Origin: Candidatus Oxydemutatoraceae bacterium
GTDB taxonomy: Bacteria > Pseudomonadota > Gammaproteobacteria > Poriferisulfidales > Oxydemutatoraceae
Direction of reading: 5' to 3'
Length of the DNA: 64,000 bases
NCBI GenBank assembly: GCA_965219575.1
Contig: OZ244779.1
Coordinates: 1,452,769-1,516,768 of the forward strand
Below the pieces are notes generated by a model. That model searched no databases, had not been told where the DNA came from, and was given only the letters and a program-made list of their open reading frames with translations. Made by a program: the position numbers and the translations under genes. Of the stretch, positions 1-9,312 are shown piece after piece. Position 1 is the stretch's first letter, and each line of letters begins with the position of its first letter.

Positions 1-3000
1 TATTTATGGACCCAACCGGAAGAAAGCGCGTTAGAAATAGTGGAGCAGAACGATGCCATGATCACGGTTCGGGCGCCGGGAGACTTCGTGGCGCCGGATG
101 CAATGACTCGCAACACGACATTGACACTGACGGTTTCCGATCCCCTAGAGCAAGACGGCAGGGTAATAAGCCGAGTATTGACGATAAACAAAATAGACAA
201 CGGGCCTGCCGAGATTGATTTTGTGGGGCAATTCGGCAATAGGCAGCTAACCGTTATCGTGGGCAATGATCCCGACGGTGATGTTGCCGAATACCGATAT
301 CGATGGCAGAGCCAAGCCCCCGGTTCAAACTTATGGGCAACCGTAGCCTCGATAACGACTGCCTTGAATAAGGTTGATTATCAAATACCGGCGGATACTA
401 CCACCGCTACCCGCTATCGGGTGGAGGTGCAATACACTGATGCGCAAGGGTATAGCACCGACGAGGTAGCGGGCAATTATTTATACAGAGCCGGAGATAA
501 CGACGATAACGACAACGGTTTTATAGATATTTATACGTTGGAAGATTTGGCCGCAACGACAAGCGATGGCCGCTACGAATTGAGAGGAAACTTAGACTTC
601 AACGACCCGCTGAGCTATGCCGATACTAGAAACATGGATGACTGGAGTGCGAATGAAGATAGAAGCAATCGGGGGTGGGAGCCTATTCCTCCTGTAAATC
701 TTGAGTTTGTCGGTTATATTTTTAACGGGAATGGTCATACCATCTCCAACCTTTATATCAATAGAGCGGTTAATAGAAACTCTGAAAATCAAAGGATCGC
801 TTTATTCCGCGAAATAGGACCGAGTAGCACGATCAGAAATATAGGTTTAATCAATGTAGATATTAGAGGATACTTTTTCGCAGGTGGATTGGTCGGTATC
901 TCAGACGGTAGTGTTATTTCTAGCTATGTGGGCGGTTCCGTTAAAATCAGCAGTAATGATAGGGCGGCAGGATTAGTTGGTGAAAACACTAACACGGGTA
1001 TCATTGATAATAGCTATGTTATCGCAACGAGCGGCACGATTGTAGGTCTTGGGAACACAGGAGGACTGGTAGGTTTTAATTCCGGTACAATCAGGAATAG
1101 TGGAGCGAATGTAGCGGTACAAGGAACCGATGGAGTTGGCGGCTTAATAGGTCGCAACAGAGCTGTGGGTGACACTGCTCGTACGTCCAGGGTTCATAAT
1201 AGCTTCGCGCAGGGTTCCGTCACCGGGAATCAGAATGTAGGTGGTTTAATAGGACTTATTCAACCGATGTCCACCGTTCAAAATAGCTATGCAAGCGGCG
1301 ATGTTACCGGTTCATCCAATTTAGGTGGGTTGATCGGTTCTTCCACAGTTCCTGCGCTTTCCATCGAAAACAACTATACGATATCTAAAGTAATTCCCAA
1401 TGGCGATGGAAGGATAGGAGGATTGCTGGGTAATACTGGCAGTCCAGCCGCTAGCTACTGGAATAGCGATGTTTATACCGAAGACGACAGACGCCCCACC
1501 GATGACGATGCCACAAGCAAAACCACGGTGGAACTGCAATCACCGATAGATGCAACCGACATTTATCGACAATGGAGTACAGACAACTGGGATTTCGGTG
1601 ATGAGATGACTTATCCGATGCTTCGCTACGACCCGACCTCATGTAACTTAGATTCCGATACCGCACGCTGCGGGCTATTGCCCAATCAGCAATATGAGAC
1701 TGGTCTGGGCGCACTGTTTCTGCTATCGAACGGCGAGGTATTGAATCCCGATCTACGCCTCGGTAATCAACCGTTTTCCGTTTTGCGAGAGAATTATAGT
1801 ATAGGTATTCTGAATCGGAGCGAGGTTCAATTAAGACCTTTTGCCGTCGGTGGTGATGCCGAGATTAAAATCATAAGTGACGGCGATAACCAAGATTATT
1901 TTTCCGGCAAATCCAGCGGTCAGCCTAGCAACCCGATTCCATTAAGTCTAGATATCGCAACGACTGTATCCGTTGTCGTGACCGACGGCGATATAAATAC
2001 CACTTACACGCTGGCCATGAGCAGATACGACATAGAGACCGAAAGCACGGTCGTAGATGAAGGAGACGAAATCACCTTAAACACCGGTGCGATAGGCGAT
2101 AGTCGTAACTGGTCGTTTATGCCGCCGGACTCGGTTGACATTCTATCGGGGCAGGGCACCCCTACTTTGAGGGTGAGGATACCCGATACCTTTGTGCCGG
2201 GAGGTATGGAGACTACCATGGCCACCCTCGTATTTGAAGTAGATATAGTTGACGGGGCAACAACCTATACACCGAGAGAAACACTGATAGTCAATAAGAT
2301 AAATAACGGGATGCCTCCCGATATCGGTTTGGAAATAGGCTCGACGACCCTGAGTATCGTTCTCGGCGAAGGTACCGATTCGGACGGCGAAGGTGAGTTT
2401 ATGTACACATGGGAAAAGGTATCTGTTGAAAATGGTAGAAAAGAGCGGAATGAGGTTTCTACTTCACCTGAATATAGATTGCCCGACACCGACAACGGAA
2501 GTACCCGCTATTTCGTGAATGTAATCCACATCGACGGTCAAGGCTTTGTAACAGACTACGCAACCCGAGAGCCATCTATTTCGGAGCCGATTAGGCGAAT
2601 AGATATAGACATAGACGATGACGACAATGGCTTGATAGATATCTACTACTTGGACGACTTGGACGAAATACGCGAACATTTGACCGAAATGCCGGCAACT
2701 TGCGGTCAAAACAACGATCAACCTTGTGAAGGTTATGAATTGCAAAGAAGCTTGAACTTTCGTTCCGGTGGCTCTTATATCGGAGATGTGAATCAGGCAT
2801 GGATATCTACATTTACATCATCACCTCCAGGTTGGCAACCCATAGGGAGCATTGAAACCCCTTTCAATACCGTTTTTACGGCAGCTACCGATAATCTATT
2901 CATCGATCGCTTGTATATCAATAGACAAGAGGAGGACAATATCGGTTTGTTCGGTGTGATCGGTCCCCGAGCCCAAATTTTGGATATTCAGGTACGGAAT

Positions 3001-5703
3001 CCAAACATTAGAGGGCGGTATGCGGTCGGCGGTTTAGTCGGCGTGACGAGTAGGTTAACCGATAGCGAAGGTTCGGTTACCGAGAGTTCTCTTATTGCCA
3101 ACAGCTCCGTAGTTTTTACTCAATTGACTGGTACTCAACTAAGAGCGACTCGCGCATGGCTCGGTGGACTGGTCGGTTCTAATTACGGTTCAATCGTCAA
3201 TAGCTATACCCAAGTCAGGCTAAACGGGGATTTTGCAGTGGGTGGTTTGGCAGGTTACAGCTTCGGTCCGATCAGTGATAGCTACGCACTCAGCTTCTAT
3301 AGCATACCCGCTACTAGCGGAATTAACGAAGGCAATGATATCATAGAAGCCGGAAATGCGGTCGGTGGCTTGGTCGGTTATAACCATAACGAGAGCCCAT
3401 TCAAAGGAGGGGGTTCCATTACCAATAGTTATGCCATCAATAGTGTACTGGGTGATTTCGATGTCGGCGGCTTGGTCGGCTATAACGATGCCGGCACTAT
3501 CACGAACAGCTATGCGCTCGGTCATGTGGTCGGTGGCACGAATGTCGGCGGCTTGGTCGGCTACAATAGCAACGGAACGATTGTCGGCTATGCCGGTAAT
3601 ATCGTAACAGGCGGAAATAATGTCGGCGATTTGGTATCCCTCGAGTCCGGCGGTACGGTCACCGCACTGCTTACTACGCCGACCCTGACATACACAAGGA
3701 ATTTTGACGGCAACGGCTATTCAAGTTGTGCCGTTGCCGACGGACAAACCGATTATCGAGTCAAATTACCGGCTTGCGACACACCGCTTCCGGAGCAAGA
3801 TTCAAGAATCGGCAGAGGTACTCCGGCATTGAGCGGTGTGACTTTATCGGTCGGTACATTGGAACCTGAGTTTGACCCGGCTAGAAGCGCATTCTCTAGT
3901 TTTAATGGTTATGAGATTTTTGATATCCCCGAGGGCACGACGAAAATAACGGTGACGGCTACAACGAATAGTCCAAATACTGATTTGGTTTTTGCCGCGG
4001 GTTCTTCTACCACTAGAGAAAATAATTCGCGTACAATTTCGCGTACAATTCCGTTAGATATTGAAGAGGCATTTATTTCTGCAGAGCGAGGTACAGCAAG
4101 CGATTACGCCATAGTAATGCCTGACCAGCCTGATTTAAGCGGCACCCCGCGAATGCCATGCCGCGCAGATACCGCAGATAGAGATGGCGACGGCTTGATA
4201 GAAATTTGCGATCTGGAAGGCTTGTATGCGATGCGCTATCGATTGGATGCCGATGCCATGCCGAAGACTTGTGGAGAGAGTAACGATAGTGCTTGCATCG
4301 GATATGAGTTGGTCAGAGATTTAGACTTTAACGAGAACGAAAGCTATCGCAATGCATCCGAGAATAAACCGATATGGACGACCGGTAGAGGTTGGCGACC
4401 GATAGGAAATCCCAATAATCCTTTCAATGTGGAATTTAGCGCAACCACCGGCCACAGCATCGCTAATCTGATGATTAATAGAGACTTTATTAGAAATTAT
4501 AGCGGATTATTCGGCTATACCGGACGCAATGCTCGTATCGTCAATATCGAACTATCGGATGCAAATGTTCGCGGTAGATACTTAACCGGTGGCTTGGTCG
4601 GTCGCAACGAAGGCACGATTATCAATAGCCGTGTAACCAGCGCGAGCACGGTTATCGTAAGGAATGCATGGGGTGGCGGTCTGGTAGGTGATAACGCCGG
4701 AATCATCAACGATAGCTACACGGATGGCGATGTGACAGGCAGAGATCAGATCGGTGGCTTGGCCGGTATTAACAGCGGGCAGATTATCAATAGCGTAGCC
4801 AAGAGCAATGTGGCAGGGGCTACCTTCGCCGGTGGCTTGGTCGGTGTCAATGCCGGCAACATTAATAATAGTTATGCAAGCGGTACGGCGGGAGAGAACT
4901 TTTATTATGCCGGCGGTTTGGTCGGTTTGAATGTCGGTAGCATCGCAGACACATACTCAATCGGCAATGTGAACGGAAGGGAACGAGTAGGCGGTTTGGT
5001 CGGTGATAACAGAAACTTGATAGCCTCGAGTTATGCTGCCGTCGGCAATGTGGTAGGAACCAGACTGGTCGGTGGCTTGGTCGGCATCAACAGTGGCTCG
5101 ATTATCGACAGCTACGGCGATCAAAGTACTTATGGTTTAGTCGGTGAAAATTTCCCTGTCGGAACGATAAGGAACAGTCAAATTTTAAGCGATATGAACT
5201 TTCAATCGCAATTCTCCATTCCCGGATGGCGTGCTACCAGCTGGGATTTCGGCACCAACAGGCAATACCCGGCACTCAAATATCTAAGAAGCGAAACCGA
5301 CCCGATTGACTGCGAACAATGTGGCATGTTACTGCAGGGTCAAGCGATGAGACCTGATTTTTCATTGAGTGCGCCGGCGGAATCGGAAACTCTAATTGAA
5401 ACGCCGAGCGGCTATACGCTGAACATCAACTTCAACGCAAGGCAAGCCACCCTGATTCCCGATGCGGATGTTGACAATGTTGTTATTCGTTATAGAGTAG
5501 ATAACGGGGTGGACCAGACAGCTACGAACAGACAACCCTTTACCGTAGCACTGCCTTCTAGTGCTAGAACAATCACAATCACATTAGACTTAGGTGGTGA
5601 CGAAGACTTCCAAGTTGGCGAAATGATAGAATATAGGGTTGATGTCCGCAGAGTTATCTATACCCAAATCAGATTATTCCCCGAAGGCCTACTAAATCCA
5701 TAA
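1..5703 (+). CDS. Giant surface protein with GLUG-type (GGLVG) beta-helix repeats and cadherin/Ig-like domains; 5' end outside the window
   Basis: The frame is open from base 1 (YLWTQPEESALEIVEQND...). It contains many GGL(V/I)G-x-N repeats, three D-x-D-x-D/N-G-(L/F)-I modules and a cadherin-like segment PALSGVTLSVGTLEPEFDP. Confidence 0.85.
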   Translation, partial: YLWTQPEESALEIVEQNDAMITVRAPGDFVAPDAMTRNTTLTLTVSDPLEQDGRVISRVLTINKIDNGPAEIDFVGQFGNRQLTVIVGNDPDGDVAEYRYRWQSQAPGSNLWATVASITTALNKVDYQIPADTTTATRYRVEVQYTDAQGYSTDEVAGNYLYRAGDNDDNDNGFIDIYTLEDLAATTSDGRYELRGNLDFNDPLSYADTRNMDDWSANEDRSNRGWEPIPPVNLEFVGYIFNGNGHTISNLYINRAVNRNSENQRIALFREIGPSSTIRNIGLINVDIRGYFFAGGLVGISDGSVISSYVGGSVKISSNDRAAGLVGENTNTGIIDNSYVIATSGTIVGLGNTGGLVGFNSGTIRNSGANVAVQGTDGVGGLIGRNRAVGDTARTSRVHNSFAQGSVTGNQNVGGLIGLIQPMSTVQNSYASGDVTGSSNLGGLIGSSTVPALSIENNYTISKVIPNGDGRIGGLLGNTGSPAASYWNSDVYTEDDRRPTDDDATSKTTVELQSPIDATDIYRQWSTDNWDFGDEMTYPMLRYDPTSCNLDSDTARCGLLPNQQYETGLGALFLLSNGEVLNPDLRLGNQPFSVLRENYSIGILNRSEVQLRPFAVGGDAEIKIISDGDNQDYFSGKSSGQPSNPIPLSLDIATTVSVVVTDGDINTTYTLAMSRYDIETESTVVDEGDEITLNTGAIGDSRNWSFMPPDSVDILSGQGTPTLRVRIPDTFVPGGMETTMATLVFEVDIVDGATTYTPRETLIVNKINNGMPPDIGLEIGSTTLSIVLGEGTDSDGEGEFMYTWEKVSVENGRKERNEVSTSPEYRLPDTDNGSTRYFVNVIHIDGQGFVTDYATREPSISEPIRRIDIDIDDDDNGLIDIYYLDDLDEIREHLTEMPATCGQNNDQPCEGYELQRSLNFRSGGSYIGDVNQAWISTFTSSPPGWQPIGSIETPFNTVFTAATDNLFIDRLYINRQEEDNIGLFGVIGPRAQILDIQVRNPNIRGRYAVGGLVGVTSRLTDSEGSVTESSLIANSSVVFTQLTGTQLRATRAWLGGLVGSNYGSIVNSYTQVRLNGDFAVGGLAGYSFGPISDSYALSFYSIPATSGINEGNDIIEAGNAVGGLVGYNHNESPFKGGGSITNSYAINSVLGDFDVGGLVGYNDAGTITNSYALGHVVGGTNVGGLVGYNSNGTIVGYAGNIVTGGNNVGDLVSLESGGTVTALLTTPTLTYTRNFDGNGYSSCAVADGQTDYRVKLPACDTPLPEQDSRIGRGTPALSGVTLSVGTLEPEFDPARSAFSSFNGYEIFDIPEGTTKITVTATTNSPNTDLVFAAGSSTTRENNSRTISRTIPLDIEEAFISAERGTASDYAIVMPDQPDLSGTPRMPCRADTADRDGDGLIEICDLEGLYAMRYRLDADAMPKTCGESNDSACIGYELVRDLDFNENESYRNASENKPIWTTGRGWRPIGNPNNPFNVEFSATTGHSIANLMINRDFIRNYSGLFGYTGRNARIVNIELSDANVRGRYLTGGLVGRNEGTIINSRVTSASTVIVRNAWGGGLVGDNAGIINDSYTDGDVTGRDQIGGLAGINSGQIINSVAKSNVAGATFAGGLVGVNAGNINNSYASGTAGENFYYAGGLVGLNVGSIADTYSIGNVNGRERVGGLVGDNRNLIASSYAAVGNVVGTRLVGGLVGINSGSIIDSYGDQSTYGLVGENFPVGTIRNSQILSDMNFQSQFSIPGWRATSWDFGTNRQYPALKYLRSETDPIDCEQCGMLLQGQAMRPDFSLSAPAESETLIETPSGYTLNINFNARQATLIPDADVDNVVIRYRVDNGVDQTATNRQPFTVALPSSARTITITLDLGGDEDFQVGEMIEYRVDVRRVIYTQIRLFPEGLLNP

Positions 5704-5711
5704 AGACAAAC

Positions 5712-5767
5712 CATTCCCCTCCTTCGGAGGGGTGGCAGGCGTTAGCCTGACGGGGTGGTCGCTTCGT
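5712..5767 (+). repeat. REP-like repeat family II (CATTCCCCTCC-TTT-GGAGGGGTGG-CAGGC-nnn-GCCTG-ACGGGGTGG)
   Basis: Double hairpin with near-identical copies near 19.2, 19.3, 28.7 and 30.2-30.6 kb. Confidence 0.85.
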
Positions 5768-6059
5768 GGGACTGTTGAAAAAATACCGTTTGGCACGGAT
5801 AATATGTTTATCCACAAAATTTATGTTTACCTACCGTAGGGGCGGACTAACATGTCCGCCCTAAAGTGCCGTTCTGCACAGCCGCAACCGCTTGCGCCAA
5901 CAAATAATGGTTTCCATAATATTAATGGGTAAACGCGTTAATCGTGCAAACATGATACGTTTCGGGCGGACATGTTAGTCCGCCCCTACGGGTGGTTTGT
6001 AAATATTCACGGCGCAAGCGGTTGCAATTATGCAAAAACAGTACTTTTTCAACAGCCCC
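5768..6059. mobile_element. MITE-like composite element, copy A, enclosing an inverted pair of GTAG-REPs
   Basis: Terminal inverted repeats GGGACTGTTGAAAAA ... TTTTTCAACAGCCC. GTAGGGGCGGACTAACATGTCCGCCC occurs at 5836-5861 (+) and 5964-5989 (-). Inner inverted repeat GCAACCGCTTGCGCC / GGCGCAAGCGGTTGC. Confidence 0.75.
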
Positions 6060-6100
6060 AACGGTTCTGCACAAGTCAACCACACAAACTACTTTGACAA

Positions 6101-7045
6101 TCAATCCAACGCAATAAAAGTGCCACGGCTTTGTCTGGCAACCTCGCGCAACAAAGTGGAAAGACGAAGTATATCGCCGCCTTGTTGGTTATAAAAACCG
6201 ATACCGTGGATGCGGGCAATAGGCTTGCCCGTTCCTCTATCGGTATTGAGTCCGGCGATCGTTTGCAATACCGGGTCGTAAGACGAACCGGTGTAATCAT
6301 CTCCTAAAATATAGATTGATACTTTCATATTAGGCTTCACATAGAGTTTTAAGGCTTCTTGTAAGCCTTCTACCGGGCTACTGTTAGAGAATGCTTGCCA
6401 CGAGCGCAGTAATTGCAATACGCGTCTGCGCAAGCTGGGTGTGTCGTCGATCCATTTTCTCTTATAGGCGGAAATCAAATGTATGCCGTTGTCGTTGAGG
6501 ATTTGAAAGCCTTCCACTTTCGGATGTATGTTGAGTATATTTTCCATGTCTTTCATGACCTTAGCCCATATCTCTAACATAGAGCCCGAAGTGTCTACTA
6601 TAAAGACGATGTAATTCGCATCAACCGGTATGCCGCCGGCGTAGACTTCGTCTTCGACATTTCTATCTACACTTGTCGTTGCCGAAGGCGAATTTGTTTT
6701 TTGTTGCAGTATAGCCATCTCGGCCTGCAAGGTTGAGTTCTCCGATTGTAGCGTTGCAAGCGTTTGGCTTGCTTTTTTAATAGCACTTTGAAGTTGCGTC
6801 TCTTTATCTGTTTGTGTATCGATTGTAGACGAAAGTTGTTGCGATTGCGATTCAAGTTCGCCACTTTGTACTTGCGTTTGAGTGAATGTTTTGAGCAGCT
6901 CTGCGATGCGATCTATATCGATCGTGCCACCGCCGATCGTCGATTTGGAAAGCAATACCAACAGCACGACGGCACCGAAACCACACGAGATAACATCCAA
7001 AAAGGAAAGGTTGAATATCTGGAAATTGCGTAAACGTCTTTTCAT
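6101..7045 (-). CDS. Membrane-anchored coiled-coil + vWA protein with an ExbD/MotB-like N-terminal TM helix
   Basis: N-terminal LSFLDVISCGFGAVVLLVLL, a Q/T-rich coiled coil and MIDAS FIVDTSGSM. The ATG at 7045 overlaps the upstream TGA (ATGA). Confidence 0.85.
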   Translation of the reverse strand: MKRRLRNFQIFNLSFLDVISCGFGAVVLLVLLSKSTIGGGTIDIDRIAELLKTFTQTQVQSGELESQSQQLSSTIDTQTDKETQLQSAIKKASQTLATLQSENSTLQAEMAILQQKTNSPSATTSVDRNVEDEVYAGGIPVDANYIVFIVDTSGSMLEIWAKVMKDMENILNIHPKVEGFQILNDNGIHLISAYKRKWIDDTPSLRRRVLQLLRSWQAFSNSSPVEGLQEALKLYVKPNMKVSIYILGDDYTGSSYDPVLQTIAGLNTDRGTGKPIARIHGIGFYNQQGGDILRLSTLLREVARQSRGTFIALD

Positions 7046-8118
7046 GGCCACGAATGTTCGGGTGATATGAGTAAGCCATCGCTTCTAGCCGTCCATTGCC
7101 AAAAAGCACCGGCTGCGTAAGAATCGCCCTCCAACGGGAGGAGGATAACATTGACTTCTGCGCGTTCCCTATACGATGCGACTATGTCGTTGAGTAACCT
7201 GACCCTGCATTTACCGCTAATTTTTTGGGCATTGCCGGTGATAGAAGCACATCCTCTGAAAAACGAAGCGACTGCTCTGATCCTTCCGGTATTTCCCTGC
7301 GTAGGCAAGCCGTCGGTTAGCAGATAGACGTTCGAGAAACCTGCGGCACTGCTACGCATCAACGCAACTGCGGCGTGTAGATTTGTGCCACCTTCGGGTA
7401 CGATTTGCTTAAAGTCCGACAATATCATTGCCGCAGCTTGAGGATCTGCGCCTTTTTTCCAAGCACTTCCGCCGACGACCGAGGCATTTTCGGCAAAGCG
7501 GATGATTTTATAATCACTACCTTCGGGTACTCTGGCAACCAGCCACTCTACGATCCGCAGAGTGCGTTGCCATTTGGGACTTTGTTGACGTTCTTGTGCG
7601 GATGCGACTTTATATCGAATGACATCTATTAGCCGCTCTTCGGTCATCGAGGCACTGCTGTCCACCAGTATGACGATCCTTCTTCCTTTTACCTCCAAGC
7701 CCAGCAGATAATCTTCCAATCCTTTGTTGACCACCGGCACCGGAGCAGGGGGAGCTTGTGTAGGTGTAGGTGTATCTGCTTGCGATTGCAGTTTTGCGAT
7801 TTGCGCTTTTAATGATTGTTGCGTCTCTTTTTGATTATTGATATTCGTCACCAAAGCGATTAGTTGTGCATTGAGTTGTGTCAATTCGGTTTGAGTATCG
7901 TCGGCTTGGGTTTGCAGTGTTTCTACGGTTTGTTTAGATTGTCGGTTCTGCTGTTCCAAAGTTGCAATATCGGCTTGTAAGGCGGACGATTGCCGGTCGG
8001 GTAATTCGGTTTGATATTTGACCAGCATCAGTATTAATATGACAGCCCCTAGACCGCACGACATGACGTCCAAGAAGGCGATATTGAATCCTTCGGTTTT
8101 TCTTTTCAGGTGCCGCAT
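7042..8118 (-). CDS. Membrane-anchored coiled-coil + vWA protein, paralogue of 6101-7045
   Basis: IAFLDVMSCGLGAVILILML TM, coiled coil, Pro linker, and MIDAS motifs ILVDSSASM ... GGTNL ... LLTDG. Confidence 0.85.
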   Translation of the reverse strand: MRHLKRKTEGFNIAFLDVMSCGLGAVILILMLVKYQTELPDRQSSALQADIATLEQQNRQSKQTVETLQTQADDTQTELTQLNAQLIALVTNINNQKETQQSLKAQIAKLQSQADTPTPTQAPPAPVPVVNKGLEDYLLGLEVKGRRIVILVDSSASMTEERLIDVIRYKVASAQERQQSPKWQRTLRIVEWLVARVPEGSDYKIIRFAENASVVGGSAWKKGADPQAAAMILSDFKQIVPEGGTNLHAAVALMRSSAAGFSNVYLLTDGLPTQGNTGRIRAVASFFRGCASITGNAQKISGKCRVRLLNDIVASYRERAEVNVILLPLEGDSYAAGAFWQWTARSDGLLISPEHSWP

Positions 8119-8126
8119 TGCACTAG

Positions 8127-8389
8127 TCTATCCCTCTTCTATGGAGGGGTGGCTAACATGTCTACCTAAAGTATTGCGTCTGTACAATTCCATTTATTGA
8201 GCCAATTAATGACCACCCGCCGTAGGGGCGGACTAGCATGTCCGCCCGTAACGCGTTGCGCCTGCACGATTTATACATTCATCCATCCAATTTATGGAAA
8301 CCATTATTTGTTGGCGCAGGGCGGTTGGTGTTGTGCGATGTCCGCACTCTTTCAACAGCCTCATCGTATCTGCTCCAGTTCTGCACCAA
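8127..8389. repeat. Composite repeat copy B (family II fragment, GTAG-REP, MITE core, right terminus)
   Basis: ATGGAGGGGTGGC at about 8141, GTAG-REP at 8222-8247, core GCACGATTTATACATTCATCCATCCAATTTATGGAAACC, and TTCAACAGCCTC at 8351-8362. Confidence 0.75.
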
Positions 8390-9163
8390 CTATTCACTCT
8401 GCCCTATCGGATTCATGATGTGCTGTTCGCAATAAGCCCTGATATCGACGATCAAGCCGTCTTGTATTCTTTGTAGCTGGTGCAACAAAAGCATCAGAAA
8501 TATACTAATGACAAGCGCAACCAGAGTAGAATTGAATGCCACTCCCAAGCTATTTGTCATCCCGGCGATATTTCCCGCTAAGGCTTGGTCGGCTTGCGAT
8601 AGGGCTTGCCCAATACCGCGCACCGTACCGATGAAACCGATTGACGGAATTGCCCAAATCAAATAGCGTATCATCGAGTTTTCCGCCTCTATGCCGAGCA
8701 CCAGTGCGTCCATTTTCGCGTCTATCGCTTCGGCGGTGTAATGCACATCTTTGGTGATCAAAAAACGATCCAAACCGACGAGTAGTGTTTGCACCAAAGA
8801 AGTTTTGACGATGTCGGTCGGTAGTGTATTGAGCTGGTCGCGTGCCGCTTTGGCGATTTCAATTTTATTGCCGTTTTCTATCTTGGAGAAATCTACCAAA
8901 CTTTCGTCGAACAAGTAGCGGTCTTTACCGATTGCGATAATTTTTCCGACTATCAAATAGGTTCCCCATAGCATCAGAATGAGGCAGATTTCCTGTTCCA
9001 GATCTTTTAGGATTACGAAAAGGTTGCGAGGCACCGCTTGCCCTCGCTGTTCGGCAAATTGAATGGCAATATCGGCATTGGGAAGAATGAAACCGATATA
9101 AATCAAATGCACGAATAGCACCGATATTATCAAAGCAATAAGGCTTTTGATTAGCTTCGACAT
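8390..9163 (-). CDS. MotA/TolQ/ExbB proton channel family protein
   Basis: Signature IWAIPSIGFIGTVRGI ... GVAFNSTLVALVISI, plus additional N-terminal TM helices. Confidence 0.88.
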   Translation of the reverse strand: MSKLIKSLIALIISVLFVHLIYIGFILPNADIAIQFAEQRGQAVPRNLFVILKDLEQEICLILMLWGTYLIVGKIIAIGKDRYLFDESLVDFSKIENGNKIEIAKAARDQLNTLPTDIVKTSLVQTLLVGLDRFLITKDVHYTAEAIDAKMDALVLGIEAENSMIRYLIWAIPSIGFIGTVRGIGQALSQADQALAGNIAGMTNSLGVAFNSTLVALVISIFLMLLLHQLQRIQDGLIVDIRAYCEQHIMNPIGQSE

Positions 9164-9171
9164 CGGTACGC

Positions 9172-9312
9172 TTATATATCTACGGGAAAGGTCGCCGGTG
9201 AATTGAGGCTCAGAGAGTAGCCGGCGATGCCGGCAATCGCGATGCCGGCAAGCAATAAGAGTATTGCTATTACGATGGCTACACGATACTTTGTCTTAAA
9301 GCTATATTTCAT
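9172..9312 (-). CDS. Candidate 46-aa single-TM small protein, absent from the ORF track
   Basis: Manual translation gives MKYSFKTKYRVAIVIAILLLLAGIAIAGIAGYSLSLNSPATFPVDI*. It ends 8 nt before the channel gene ATG. Confidence 0.5.
   Translation of the reverse strand: MKYSFKTKYRVAIVIAILLLLAGIAIAGIAGYSLSLNSPATFPVDI

Noticed and set aside
4026-4052. 12-bp tandem repeat TTCGCGTACAAT twice in the giant gene as a phase-variation site
   Set aside because: In frame and only two copies, so it cannot switch the frame.
8197-8476. Short ORFs over the composite repeats (also near 5922, 11646, 17451, 28492, 30283 and 53680)
   Set aside because: Copies differ by frameshifting indels and module order, and none has transposase motifs. 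Recurrent peptides simply reflect the DNA repeat.
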